Shown here in pieces: positions 38,521 to 48,826 of a stretch of 64,000 nt of DNA. Source of the stretch: Sedimentisphaeraceae bacterium JB056 (GTDB lineage: Bacteria > Planctomycetota > Phycisphaerae > Sedimentisphaerales > Sedimentisphaeraceae); contig JBITAJ010000011.1 of the NCBI GenBank assembly GCA_044440125.1, forward strand, positions 64,001-128,000, read 5' to 3'. A program made the translations under genes and the position numbers. Below the pieces are notes generated by a model. That model was not told where the DNA came from, searched no databases, and was given only the letters and a program-made list of their open reading frames with translations. Positions within the stretch are counted from its first letter, which is position 1. The number at the start of each line of letters is the position of its first letter.

Positions 38521-38786
38521 AGTATTACCTGCCTGCTATGTACATAATATATATAATGTTAATTATATATATAGTATAACCTTTTGTTCGAAAAATTCAA
38601 TAAAAATAGCGATTTGCTGCCTTTTTATGGTTCTGCTGCGGGTTTATGAAGATAGGGAATTCTCTTGGGCTATTGTCTTTTGGGTAAAAAAACTGGAATT
38701 TATGTGTTATTTTGATAATATTGTACTTGAAGTAGTTTTTATTCCATTTAACAGCAAGCATTTTAGTTTTTGTGAAAGGAGAAGAT

Positions 38787-39683
38787 ATGAATTTTGAGGA
38801 ATATCTCCAAAAAGTCGGTCAATGGGCCATCGGTACGGGTTTACGCATACTTATAATTGTAGTGCTTACTCTTGTTGCGGTGAAGCTTGCCCAGAGTTTT
38901 GTTCAGCGTCTTTTTGATAATTATCAGGAGAAACGGAATGCTGATGAAGAACTCAAAAAGAGGATAGATACTTTAAGCGGGATTGTTACGGCCCTGATAG
39001 TTGCAGTTATATTTGCCGTTTCGATAGCCATTATTCTCGGTCAGCTTAACATCGAGCTCGGCCCCATACTTGCCGCGGCTGGTGTTGTTGGCGTGGCGGT
39101 AGGCTTTGGTGCCCAGCATCTGGTCAGTGATGTCATAAGCGGCTTTTTTCTGCTCTTTGATGATCAGCTCCGTGTGGGTGATGTCGTGCAGATAGCGGGA
39201 AAGGGCGGTCTTGTGGAGAGAGTCAATATACGCATGGTGGTGCTTCGCGATCTCGCCGGAAATGTTCATTATATACGTAACGGGCAGATCGATGTGGTAA
39301 CCAATATGACCAAGGAATACTCACGTTATGTATTTGATGTCGGAGTTGCCTACCGCGAGGATGTTGATGAGGTTATAAGCGTTATCAAACAGGTCGATGA
39401 AGATATGCGAACCAACTCGGAGTTTACCGATGATATACTTGAACCTATCGAGATACTCGGTCTCGACCAGTTTGCCGATTCTGCCGTGATAATCAAGGCT
39501 CGTACCAAGACCAAACCGATACGTCAATGGGCTGTCGGCAGGGAATTTAACCGCAGGCTGAAAAAGGCTTTCGACGATCGCAACATCGAAATACCGTTCC
39601 CGCACATGACGCTTTATATGGGCCAGGAAAAGGATGGTTCTGCGCCGCCGGTGCAAGTATCAATGCTTGCTTCAAAGCAGTAG
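38787..39683 (+). CDS. Small-conductance mechanosensitive channel (MscS family)
   Basis: AGVVGVAVGFGAQHLVSDVISG, VGDVV and IEIPFP motifs. Confidence 0.94.
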   Translation: MNFEEYLQKVGQWAIGTGLRILIIVVLTLVAVKLAQSFVQRLFDNYQEKRNADEELKKRIDTLSGIVTALIVAVIFAVSIAIILGQLNIELGPILAAAGVVGVAVGFGAQHLVSDVISGFFLLFDDQLRVGDVVQIAGKGGLVERVNIRMVVLRDLAGNVHYIRNGQIDVVTNMTKEYSRYVFDVGVAYREDVDEVISVIKQVDEDMRTNSEFTDDILEPIEILGLDQFADSAVIIKARTKTKPIRQWAVGREFNRRLKKAFDDRNIEIPFPHMTLYMGQEKDGSAPPVQVSMLASKQ

Positions 39684-39710
39684 AGTAGAATATTACGATG
39701 ATCAAATTTT

Positions 39711-39748
39711 AAGGCCGTGCATAGATTTTATATGCACGGCCTTTTTTT
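39711..39748 (+). terminator. Rho-independent terminator
   Basis: AAGGCCGTGCATA/TATGCACGGCCTT stem plus T tract. Confidence 0.88.
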
Positions 39749-39853
39749 GAGAAGATAGGTGCATATTTCAGTCGCAATGTTTTTGTTGGTTTTAATGAAT
39801 TGACATTGGCGGTCGATTTGATATATTGAACCTGTTATTTCAAGCAAAGAATC

Positions 39854-41995
39854 ATGATAAACAAGATCAAACAAAATCTTAAACGTTATTGGGGATATGA
39901 CCAATTCCGACCTCTTCAACGTGAGGCAATGGAAGCCGTATGCTGCAATAGGGACAGTGTCGTTGTGCTTCCTACCGGCGGAGGTAAATCTCTGTGCTAT
40001 CAGGTGCCTGCGATGGTGCTTGATGGGCTTACAGTTGTTGTCTCACCGTTGATATCCTTAATGAAAGATCAGGTTGACGCACTTACTCAAAATGGTGTAC
40101 CGGCGGCAAGGCTTGACAGCACAATCGCCCCCGATATGCAGCATTCAATAATCAACGCTCTTTCAAGTGGACAGGTAAAGATACTGTATCTATCACCGGA
40201 AAGACTGCTTTCAGAAAACTTCCAACCTGTTCTAAGGAGCCTTGATGTTCGATTTGTTGCAATCGATGAGGCGCATTGCGTGAGTATGTGGGGACACGAC
40301 TTTCGACCTGAATATCGCAAGCTCTCAGCTGTTCGTGAGATATTTGGAGAAAATGTTACGATAGGCGCATATACTGCAACCGCTACAGAGCAGGTAAGAG
40401 ATGATATCGCCGTTCAGCTTGGCTTGAGAAAGCACTCGCTCTTGGTCGGTTCTTTTGATAGGCCCAATCTTATATATCGGGTTAAGAGGCGGAGTAATCT
40501 TCTATCTCAACTGCAAAAAGTCATAGATCGCCATGATGGTGAATCGGGTGTTATATACTGCATTCGCAGAAATGATGTCGATGAGCTCACATCTTCTTTG
40601 AGCCGTCTTGGATACAAGACAATGGGTTATCATGCAGGCATGAATGATGAAATGCGAAGGCTTGCTCAGGATGCCTTTGTTACCGAGAGGGTTGACATAA
40701 TAGTGGCAACGATTGCGTTTGGTATGGGAATTGATAAGTCTAATGTGCGTTATGTAGTGCATACAGGTTTGCCTAAATCTCTTGAGAACTATCAGCAGGA
40801 AAGCGGCAGGGCCGGTCGTGATGGACTTGAAGCTGAATGCGTCTTGATATGGGGTGGAGAGGATTATGGTTTATGGAAACGCATAATCCAGATGGGTGAG
40901 CAGGATGCCGCCAATATATCTCTGAAAAAGCTTGGTGATATTTATAATTATTGTAACAGTGCTGCATGTCGTCACAAAGAACTTCTTCTGTATTTTGGCC
41001 AGGAACTGGAACAATCATCCTGCAGTGCTTGTGATGTGTGTCTTGATGAGCTTGAGGCAGTTGGTGAGCCTCTCGTTATATCCCAGAAGATTCTTTCCAA
41101 TATACTTCGTCTTGAACAGCGTTTCGGTGCCGGCTACAATGCTCTTGTACTATCGGGCTCAAAGGATCAACGGATACTTGCCGCAGGCCATGATGAACTT
41201 TCTACTTATGGTTTGCTTAAGGAGCAGTCTCAGGAGACTATAAGGAACTGGATAGACCAGCTCACAAGCCAGGGGTATATCGCCAAGTATGGTGAGTATA
41301 ACGTACTTGGGGTTACGCAGCAAGGCTGGGATGTTTTGAAGGGAAATGCTGTGCCGCGGCTTCTCAAGGTCGCTGTTGGAAAAGCGAAAGAAGCGAAGAT
41401 CTCTACAGATTCATGGCAGGGTGTTGATAAGGAATTGTTTGACAAGTTAAGGAAATGGCGAAGTGAGAAAGCTGTTGATATGGGATTGCCGGCATATGTG
41501 ATTATGACAGATGTTGCGCTGCGTAGTATTGCCAGGTTCAGGCCGACAACAGATCGTAATCTTATTCGTATAAAGGGTATTGGAACCAAGAAGCTGAAAG
41601 ATTATGGTGATGAAATAATTGGAATTGTATCAGACTACTGTGACGAAAGCGATGTTGAAGCCGATATCGTAAAGACTTCAAGCTCTATGAAACAGAAAAA
41701 CACAACTAAAGAGCGTGCTTTTGATATGTTTGCACGGGGCAGTTCCATAGAAGAAGTTGTTTACGCAACCCTGAGGACAGAATCCACTGTTTGCAGCTAT
41801 CTTGTTGATTATATCAAACGCAACAGAATCAGCGATCCATCTGACTGGATAGATAAAGAGAGCTTTGAGCAGGTACGGAAGGTTGTGAGGCAGGAAAAGA
41901 AAAAGGCTATAAAGTTTCTTTTTGAGTATTTCGATGGCGAGATACCTTATGCTGTTATAAAAATATCTGCAGCCGCTATTTCAAATAAGCGATAA
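39854..41995 (+). CDS. recQ: ATP-dependent DNA helicase RecQ
   Basis: PTGGGKSLCYQ, DEAHC and QESGRAGRDG motifs; RQC Cys cluster; HRDC domain. Confidence 0.96.
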   Translation: MINKIKQNLKRYWGYDQFRPLQREAMEAVCCNRDSVVVLPTGGGKSLCYQVPAMVLDGLTVVVSPLISLMKDQVDALTQNGVPAARLDSTIAPDMQHSIINALSSGQVKILYLSPERLLSENFQPVLRSLDVRFVAIDEAHCVSMWGHDFRPEYRKLSAVREIFGENVTIGAYTATATEQVRDDIAVQLGLRKHSLLVGSFDRPNLIYRVKRRSNLLSQLQKVIDRHDGESGVIYCIRRNDVDELTSSLSRLGYKTMGYHAGMNDEMRRLAQDAFVTERVDIIVATIAFGMGIDKSNVRYVVHTGLPKSLENYQQESGRAGRDGLEAECVLIWGGEDYGLWKRIIQMGEQDAANISLKKLGDIYNYCNSAACRHKELLLYFGQELEQSSCSACDVCLDELEAVGEPLVISQKILSNILRLEQRFGAGYNALVLSGSKDQRILAAGHDELSTYGLLKEQSQETIRNWIDQLTSQGYIAKYGEYNVLGVTQQGWDVLKGNAVPRLLKVAVGKAKEAKISTDSWQGVDKELFDKLRKWRSEKAVDMGLPAYVIMTDVALRSIARFRPTTDRNLIRIKGIGTKKLKDYGDEIIGIVSDYCDESDVEADIVKTSSSMKQKNTTKERAFDMFARGSSIEEVVYATLRTESTVCSYLVDYIKRNRISDPSDWIDKESFEQVRKVVRQEKKKAIKFLFEYFDGEIPYAVIKISAAAISNKR

Positions 41996-42001
41996 GATGT
42001 C

Positions 42002-43144
42002 ATGAGACGTATCATACATATAGATATGGATGCATTTTACGCCTCTGTAGAGCAGTTGGACAATCCAAAATACAGGGGCAAACCTGTTATTGTCGGCGGC
42101 GGTGTTCGCGGTGTGGTAAGTGCGGCATCATATGAGGCCAGAGAATTCGGCGTCCGCAGCGCAATGCCTATGTATAGGGCAAAAAGCTTGTGTCCTGATG
42201 CTATCGTTACGCCGGTTCGAATGAAACGATACGCGGAGATATCCAGCAAGATACATGAGATTTTTTCAATATATACACCTATCATAGAACCTATATCGCT
42301 TGATGAGGCATTTCTTGATGTTACGGCCAGTGAACATCTTTTTGAAGGGGTCCTTAATATAGGAAAAGCCATAAAACAGCAGATAAAAGAGCAGGTGGGC
42401 CTGGTTGCTTCGGTTGGTATTTCATACAATAAATTTCTTGCAAAACTTGCTTCCGATCTGAATAAACCGGATGGTTTTCTTGTAATTACTGAGGATAATG
42501 TACTGCAGATACTTGATCGGCTGCCGATATCGAGGCTTTGGGGAGTTGGGAAAGTTACCGCTCAGAAACTTAATAATTACGGCATTGACACCATAGAGAA
42601 ATTCAGGAACACGCCCAAAGAACAGCTTCGCAATCTTCTTGGCAATCAGGCGGAAATATTGTATAATCTTTCAATAGGAGTAGACAACAGGCCGGTAGAG
42701 CATCAGCAGGAAGCTAAAAGTATTTCGACAGAAGATACTTTTGAAACGGATATCTCTGATAAACAAAAATTACTCGGAGTTTTGCATCAGCAGGTTGAAC
42801 TTGTTGCTCAGAGACTGCGGCATAAGAATCTCTTTGCCAGGACTGTTACTATGAAATTCCGGTATGCAAATTTCAAGACTGTTACGAGGAGTCATACCTT
42901 TGAGAGAGCCACTGACAAGACAGTTGAGTTTCGGCAAACTGCGGATTCTATATTTGAAAAATGGTATTCTAATGCCGGAGGGGCAATAAGATTGCTTGGG
43001 TTTGGGGTTTCAGGTTTGAGCAGGTATAGCCAGAAAGCGGGCCTTTTTGACCGTAATGAAGATCAAAAACAGAGAAATATTGATTCCATGCTTGATAAAA
43101 TACGTGGGAAGTATGGGAATGATATGATGAAACGCGGGGATTGA
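42002..43144 (+). CDS. dinB: DNA polymerase IV
   Basis: HIDMDAFYASVE, SYEAR, SLDEAFLD and KPDG motifs. Confidence 0.96.
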   Translation: MRRIIHIDMDAFYASVEQLDNPKYRGKPVIVGGGVRGVVSAASYEAREFGVRSAMPMYRAKSLCPDAIVTPVRMKRYAEISSKIHEIFSIYTPIIEPISLDEAFLDVTASEHLFEGVLNIGKAIKQQIKEQVGLVASVGISYNKFLAKLASDLNKPDGFLVITEDNVLQILDRLPISRLWGVGKVTAQKLNNYGIDTIEKFRNTPKEQLRNLLGNQAEILYNLSIGVDNRPVEHQQEAKSISTEDTFETDISDKQKLLGVLHQQVELVAQRLRHKNLFARTVTMKFRYANFKTVTRSHTFERATDKTVEFRQTADSIFEKWYSNAGGAIRLLGFGVSGLSRYSQKAGLFDRNEDQKQRNIDSMLDKIRGKYGNDMMKRGD

Positions 43145-43240
43145 TCTTTAATTTTGAAAAAAATGAACCAATACGCTCTTTCAGACGACTATAATGTAGA
43201 TAGAAATATTTACTGAAGAGATGTAAAAGATCGATAGTCA

Positions 43241-43795
43241 ATGAAAAATGACCGTGAAAATATAATTGATCAACTTCTGGTTATGAACGTCCAATCCGGT
43301 GACAAAGTATCACTTGAAAAGCTTGTTCAGAGATGGCAAAAACGTTTTCTGCAATATGCTGTGGTTGTAACGGGTGATTCCAACGCTGCATACGATATTG
43401 TTCAGGATTGTTGGCTTGCGATAATAAAGGGAATCGTAAAGCTCAACGATCCGGCCAAATTCAAGGTTTGGGCTTTGAGGATTGTTTATAACAAGTCAGC
43501 CACATGGATAAGGAAGAAGCAAGCAAATCGAAAGTTCATGCAGAATTTTTCTGAATATACGAAAGAAGGTTCCGGGGAAAATGACCAAACCACACAGGAA
43601 GTCAGGTATGTTTTGATGAATCTGCCTGATAAGTATCGTTCAGTAATGACTTTGTATTATTTTGAGAAGCTTTCAATTTCTGAGTTGGCTTCTGTATTCA
43701 AAGTGCCTGAGGGGACAATAAAATCACGGTTGTACAAGGCAAGAGACTGTTTCAAGCAAGAGTGGAATAAGAAAATTAAAGGAGATCTAAAATGA
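43241..43795 (+). CDS. ECF RNA polymerase sigma factor
   Basis: DIVQDCW and FKVWALRI (region 2); GTIKSRLYKAR (region 4). Confidence 0.92.
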   Translation: MKNDRENIIDQLLVMNVQSGDKVSLEKLVQRWQKRFLQYAVVVTGDSNAAYDIVQDCWLAIIKGIVKLNDPAKFKVWALRIVYNKSATWIRKKQANRKFMQNFSEYTKEGSGENDQTTQEVRYVLMNLPDKYRSVMTLYYFEKLSISELASVFKVPEGTIKSRLYKARDCFKQEWNKKIKGDLK

Positions 43796-44166
43796 ATGAC
43801 GATGTTAAAAGAATACTTGATGACGATGTTTTCTCAAAGGAAACAGATGTAAGCCGGGAAGATACCTTGAGAGGTATGATATCAACGGCATATTCCGCGA
43901 GGATGCGAAGTATGATGGTCTTAGCCTGGATATATATACTTATCTTCATGGGACTGGCGATATGGGCTGCAGTAGAGTTTTGTCGAACAGAGCAGCTTAA
44001 AATAATGATATTCTCATCTGCGGGATTTGTAGTATGCATGCTTTTTGTTTCGGTTATTAAATTGTGGATTTGGCAAAATGTTGCAAGAATCAACCTGAAA
44101 AGAGAAATAAAGAGGCTAGAACTCAAAGTCGCAGAGTTAATAACTGTTATAGAAAAAGATAAATAG
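43792..44166 (+). CDS. Small two-TM protein coupled to the ECF sigma (DUF6768-like, candidate anti-sigma)
   Basis: 4-bp overlap with the sigma gene; two TM helices; KLWIWQ...REIKRLEL tail. Confidence 0.6.
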   Translation: MNDDVKRILDDDVFSKETDVSREDTLRGMISTAYSARMRSMMVLAWIYILIFMGLAIWAAVEFCRTEQLKIMIFSSAGFVVCMLFVSVIKLWIWQNVARINLKREIKRLELKVAELITVIEKDK

Positions 44167-44381
44167 ACACGGGCTGTTTTTCAATTTTTGGCTGAAAAAG
44201 CTGTCTTTTTATGCCCGTATAATAGTTGGTAATGTGATTTTGTCGGCTCATCTGTTGGTAGAAAAGGATTGACTAAAAGCGAGTATTGTGTTATATTCGT
44301 ATCCACAATATCTACTTGCTTAAGGCGGTATTTATTGGCGGGTATTATCGTTTTATACAATATTTTCAAGGAATAGAAGTT

Positions 44382-45497
44382 TTGATAAGATCAAGTAAAA
44401 AGATTTTTTGGGCCGTAACGTTTCTGGCGGCTTGTATTGTTGCTGGTTGCGGTTACAAAGAGCCGAAAGCAAAGTATACTGATAAGCAGCTTCAGAATAT
44501 TCCTCAGCCAAATGCAAACGAGCTCCCTTCTCCGAGCGGGGGATTGGTTCTTGCTGTAAATGGAGAAACTCTTGAGGCTGAAAATATTATTAAAGCTGGT
44601 GTTGCGGCAAGTAAGAAGTTGGCTGCGCAAAGCTCTTATGAAAAGTTTGCACCAGCAGTCTATCCTTACATAAAGCAGATGTTAATTGACAAGGTTACTA
44701 ATCTTCTTCTTTATCAAAAGGCTAAGACCACAGTTCCAGAGTCTGTATTTGAAGAGGATGGGCCTCTTGATAAAGCTGTTGATACGGAAGTGAGAAGGTA
44801 TCTCGCTAACTATGAAAATAACTATGCCCTTGCACAGAAAGAGCTCGAAAGGCAGGGTCATGACTGGAACAGTTATCGTCAGTTGCAAAAGAAGCAATTG
44901 CTTGCCCAGATGTATTTCGGCAATGAGATAGACAGGAATCCTGAAATTTCCTATAGCCAAATAATAGAATTTTACAATTCTAACAAGGAAGAAAAGTTTA
45001 AGCGTGAGCCGAAGACCAAGTTTTTGCTTATCGATATTTTGAAAGAGGATTCGCCGCAGAAAGCAATGGAAAAGGCCCAGAAAGCTTTTGAAGATATCAA
45101 AAGCGGCAAAGAATTCGAAGATTGTGTTGTGGAATACTCAGAAGGTGTGAAAGCCAAACGCGGCGGCCTATGGGAGACGGCAGACCCTTCGTCCCTGATA
45201 TCACCTTACAATCATGTTATCGCCGAGATAGACCAGATGGAAAATGGAGATGTTTCTGGTATAATAGAGACCGAGGGACATTTCTTCATTGTTAAACTTA
45301 TTGAGAATACCAAAGGTGGATACATACCTTTTACAAGCGTTCAGGAAGATATTGAAAGATATCTTCAAAATGTTGAGCGCAAGGAACAAATGGATAAACT
45401 GCTAAGTGATCTCTTCGAACAGGCTGATATAACAGGTCTGGAAGGTTTCCTGCAATATTGCATACAGCAGGTCTATCTACGCAGCAATGCTGAATGA
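44382..45497 (+). CDS. Parvulin-type peptidyl-prolyl isomerase lipoprotein (SurA/PrsA-like)
   Basis: Lipobox-like VAGC; LAVNGE; FEDCVVEYSE...GGLW...GDVSGIIETEGHFFIVKL rotamase motif. Start uncertain. Confidence 0.8.
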   Translation: MIRSSKKIFWAVTFLAACIVAGCGYKEPKAKYTDKQLQNIPQPNANELPSPSGGLVLAVNGETLEAENIIKAGVAASKKLAAQSSYEKFAPAVYPYIKQMLIDKVTNLLLYQKAKTTVPESVFEEDGPLDKAVDTEVRRYLANYENNYALAQKELERQGHDWNSYRQLQKKQLLAQMYFGNEIDRNPEISYSQIIEFYNSNKEEKFKREPKTKFLLIDILKEDSPQKAMEKAQKAFEDIKSGKEFEDCVVEYSEGVKAKRGGLWETADPSSLISPYNHVIAEIDQMENGDVSGIIETEGHFFIVKLIENTKGGYIPFTSVQEDIERYLQNVERKEQMDKLLSDLFEQADITGLEGFLQYCIQQVYLRSNAE

Positions 45498-45528
45498 TCT
45501 CCTGTTTTTGATATGAGATTCGAGTATA

Positions 45529-45918
45529 ATGAAGATAATCGCACACGGCATTGATCTTGTAAGTCTTAAGCGTATCAGCTCTATGGTAGAAAAGCATGAG
45601 GAGCATTTTCTTGCGAGAGTCTATACTGAAAAAGAGATAGCTTATGCCGGTAATAATAAGAAACGTATAGAGCGTCTTGCCGGACGTTTTGCGGCTAAGG
45701 AAGCAGTGTTGAAATTGATAGGCACAGGTTTGAGGGGCAAAATGAGCTGGAAAGACATTGAAGTTGTAAACGATGATCTTGGCCGGCCTGTAGTTGCAAT
45801 AAGCGGCGAAGTGAAAGCTGTTGCCGATAAACATGGTATAGAACAAATAACAATAAGTATAACGCATACTGCTGATCTTGCTATGGCCTCAGCTGTTGCG
45901 TTTACTGAAGTCTTATGA
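45529..45918 (+). CDS. acpS: Holo-ACP synthase
   Basis: GIDLV, AGRFAAKEAVLK, GRP and ISITH motifs. Confidence 0.95.
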   Translation: MKIIAHGIDLVSLKRISSMVEKHEEHFLARVYTEKEIAYAGNNKKRIERLAGRFAAKEAVLKLIGTGLRGKMSWKDIEVVNDDLGRPVVAISGEVKAVADKHGIEQITISITHTADLAMASAVAFTEVL

Positions 45919-47735
45919 TAAATAAACAATACGATTGCATAGTCATAGGCGGCGGACACGCGGGCATTGAGGCTGCACATGCAGCAGCTCGTCTTGGAGC
46001 CAGTACTATGCTGCTTACAATAAGAATCGATACGATTGGAGCTATGAGCTGTAATCCATCAATTGGTGGCTTGGGGAAAGGGCAGCTGACAAGAGAGATA
46101 GACGCTCTTGGCGGACTTATGGCCAAGGCAATTGACGCCACAGGCTTGCAATTCAAGCTCCTGAACCGCTCAAAAGGTCCTGCCGTACAGTCACCGCGCG
46201 CCCAGGCAGATAAGTATGCTTACAAGCAATATATGCAAGACTACCTCGTAAAGGTTGAAGGTTTGGATATAGTGCAGGGTATTGCGGCTGATATCATGGT
46301 CAAGGATAGCAAAGTAACGGCCGTAACTACTACAGATGGGCGAAAATTCGAGACAAAAACGGCTATCGTGACCGCTGGAACCTTTCTTCGGGGCATAATG
46401 CACATCGGAGAAGAGCAGATACCCGGCGGCAGACTTGGTGAACCGCCAAGTAATGAGCTTAGTCAGTCGTTGAAAAAGCTTGGCCTTAAAGTCGAAAGGC
46501 TTAAAACCGGAACGCCTGTTCGTCTTGACGCTTCAACCCTTGACTATGACAAAATGCAGAAGCAGGATGGCGAGGAAGAACCTGTTCCTTTTTCTTTCGT
46601 TACGGATAAGATCGAGCGGCCTCAGATTCCTTGCTGGATAACTTCAACAAACGAAAAAGTTCATAAAATACTGCATGACAATCTGGAGAGAGCGCCTCTG
46701 TATTCCGGGCAGATACTTTCCACCGGACCAAGGTATTGCCCAAGCATTGAGACGAAAATACTTCGTTTTCCAGAGAAACACAGTCATCAGATATTTGTTG
46801 AGCCAGAGAGCGCAGATCAAACAACCATGTATCCTAATGGGATAAGTACTTCGGTGCCCAAGGATGTTCAGGAGGCAATGCTTAAGAATATCCCTGGGCT
46901 TGAGAATGCCAAGATTGTTCATTATGCGTATGCGATTGAGTATGACTATTGCCCCCCAGATCAGCTTCGAATGAACCTTGAAACAAGATCGATTAGCGGC
47001 TTATTTATGGCAGGACAGGTAAATGGTACAAGCGGCTATGAAGAGGCTGGTGCACAGGGAATCTATGCCGGTATAAATGCCGTGAGGTTGATTAATAATC
47101 AAGAGCCGATGATTCTTGGCAGAGATCAAGCCTACATAGGAGTTATGATTGATGATCTGCTCACCAAGGAGATCATTGAACCGTACAGGATGTTTACTTC
47201 ACGTGCGGAATACAGACTTGCCTTGAGAGCTGATAATGCCGACAGGCGGTTAACTCCGATTGGCAGAGAAATTGGTCTTGTTGATGACGAGCGTTGGAAA
47301 ATATTCTCCGAAAAGATTCATAATATCAATATACTGACTGATTACATGAAGAATACGCGATTGAATGGTGTTTCATATTGGCAGAAGCTTGCTCAGCCTC
47401 AAAGTAATTTTAAGGATGAGTTTGCCCAATTAGATTTTATAAAAGAGCTTGCAGCTAAACCTGAAGTGATTGAGGCTGTTCAGATTGATGCCAAATACGA
47501 GGGTTATCTTGAGAAAGAGCAGAAACTCGTTCGCAGTTTCCGTAATCTCGAGAATCAAAAGGTACCTGATGATATAGACTATGATAATGTACCTCATTTA
47601 CGTGCTGAAGCACGTGAGCGGCTGAGTTCTGTCAGACCGTTCACTTTAGGACAGGCAAGCAGAATAGGCGGAATTACTCCCGCTGATATTACCGTTATCC
47701 AGGTATTCATCAAAAGGTCTAAGGGCTGGGATTGA
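45915..47735 (+). CDS. mnmG: tRNA uridine-5-carboxymethylaminomethyl modification enzyme MnmG (GidA)
   Basis: GGGHAGIEAA, MSCNPSIGG, GPRYCPSIE, AGQVNGTSGYEEA and YRMFTSRAEYRL motifs. Confidence 0.97.
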   Translation: MINKQYDCIVIGGGHAGIEAAHAAARLGASTMLLTIRIDTIGAMSCNPSIGGLGKGQLTREIDALGGLMAKAIDATGLQFKLLNRSKGPAVQSPRAQADKYAYKQYMQDYLVKVEGLDIVQGIAADIMVKDSKVTAVTTTDGRKFETKTAIVTAGTFLRGIMHIGEEQIPGGRLGEPPSNELSQSLKKLGLKVERLKTGTPVRLDASTLDYDKMQKQDGEEEPVPFSFVTDKIERPQIPCWITSTNEKVHKILHDNLERAPLYSGQILSTGPRYCPSIETKILRFPEKHSHQIFVEPESADQTTMYPNGISTSVPKDVQEAMLKNIPGLENAKIVHYAYAIEYDYCPPDQLRMNLETRSISGLFMAGQVNGTSGYEEAGAQGIYAGINAVRLINNQEPMILGRDQAYIGVMIDDLLTKEIIEPYRMFTSRAEYRLALRADNADRRLTPIGREIGLVDDERWKIFSEKIHNINILTDYMKNTRLNGVSYWQKLAQPQSNFKDEFAQLDFIKELAAKPEVIEAVQIDAKYEGYLEKEQKLVRSFRNLENQKVPDDIDYDNVPHLRAEARERLSSVRPFTLGQASRIGGITPADITVIQVFIKRSKGWD

Positions 47736-47736
47736 G

Positions 47737-48615
47737 ATGAGGCCAAAGAGCGTAAATAGAAAAATACGGGAAGGTCTCAAGCTTAATAACGATGATAAGG
47801 GGCTTAATTCATTTATTGCCAAGACAGGGCTTCTTTTTTGCGGATGTTGGAAAAAAGCACGGAAAGCGGTTGAAAACATTGGGCTTACTGAAACAGAGCT
47901 TTGCTTCGATGAGCTGCCAACATCGTTTAACGGTAAAAAGGTACTTTTTATAAGTGATTTACATTTCCCGGGATTTGATGGTTTTACGGATAAACTTGAT
48001 GATATGTTGAGATCATTGAGCTTTGATTACTGCTTTCTTGGCGGTGACTATAGTAATGGAACAGGAGCTTTTCCTGAGCTTGTTGAGCCGTGTCTTAAAC
48101 ACTTGATAAAATCCATAAAGAGAAAGACAAGAAACATTTATGGGATATTGGGGAATCACGATGTTTACGAAACTGCCGTTTTTCTCGAATCACAGGGTGT
48201 TAAAATGCTTTTGAATGACAATGATGTCATTCGTTGCGGCAGTGATATTATTTCTATTGTCGGTGTTGATGACAACCACAATTATAGAGATACGAACTGG
48301 GAGCTTGCAGAGGAAAAGCTCGATAAGGATACCTTCAAGATACTTCTAAGCCATTCTCCTGACAATTATAAAACAGCATCCGATAAAAACTATCAGATTA
48401 TGCTGGCCGGCCATACTCATGGTGGACAGATATGTATTCCGCCGGGCATTCCGGTTGTCACGCATACAAAAGCCAGAGGGCGATTTGTAAGAGGGTATTG
48501 GGAATACAAGCAATTAAAAGGGTATACTTCCTGTGGTGCAGGAACATCTCCTATAGGTGCCAGATTTTTTGCCAATCCTGAAATATGCCTTTTTACATTA
48601 AAAAAACAGCAATAG
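47737..48615 (+). CDS. Metallophosphoesterase
   Basis: SDLH, GGD, GNHD, LSHSP and GHTHGGQ motifs. Confidence 0.92.
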   Translation: MRPKSVNRKIREGLKLNNDDKGLNSFIAKTGLLFCGCWKKARKAVENIGLTETELCFDELPTSFNGKKVLFISDLHFPGFDGFTDKLDDMLRSLSFDYCFLGGDYSNGTGAFPELVEPCLKHLIKSIKRKTRNIYGILGNHDVYETAVFLESQGVKMLLNDNDVIRCGSDIISIVGVDDNHNYRDTNWELAEEKLDKDTFKILLSHSPDNYKTASDKNYQIMLAGHTHGGQICIPPGIPVVTHTKARGRFVRGYWEYKQLKGYTSCGAGTSPIGARFFANPEICLFTLKKQQ

Positions 48616-48826
48616 CAGCCAGCTTTTTTCTATTATACTTCATAAATATTTAAAAGTTTCAACAGGCTCTTGATAATGTCTTCAATATCGAGATAATAAA
48701 GGGATTGTGGAGTTTTATGAGTGATTGATGCCGCAGTGGCAGCCTTGAGGCATAAACCTGATTGTATGCAGTTTGATCATCATTTATTTTATCTAATGAA
48801 CTCTAAAGAACTTAGATTGGTTATGT

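Noticed and set aside
38537..38564. Chromosomal dif / replication terminus
   Set aside because: Skew direction, gene orientation, dnaA and mnmG all indicate the origin region; the match is AT-rich and overlaps the TA promoter.
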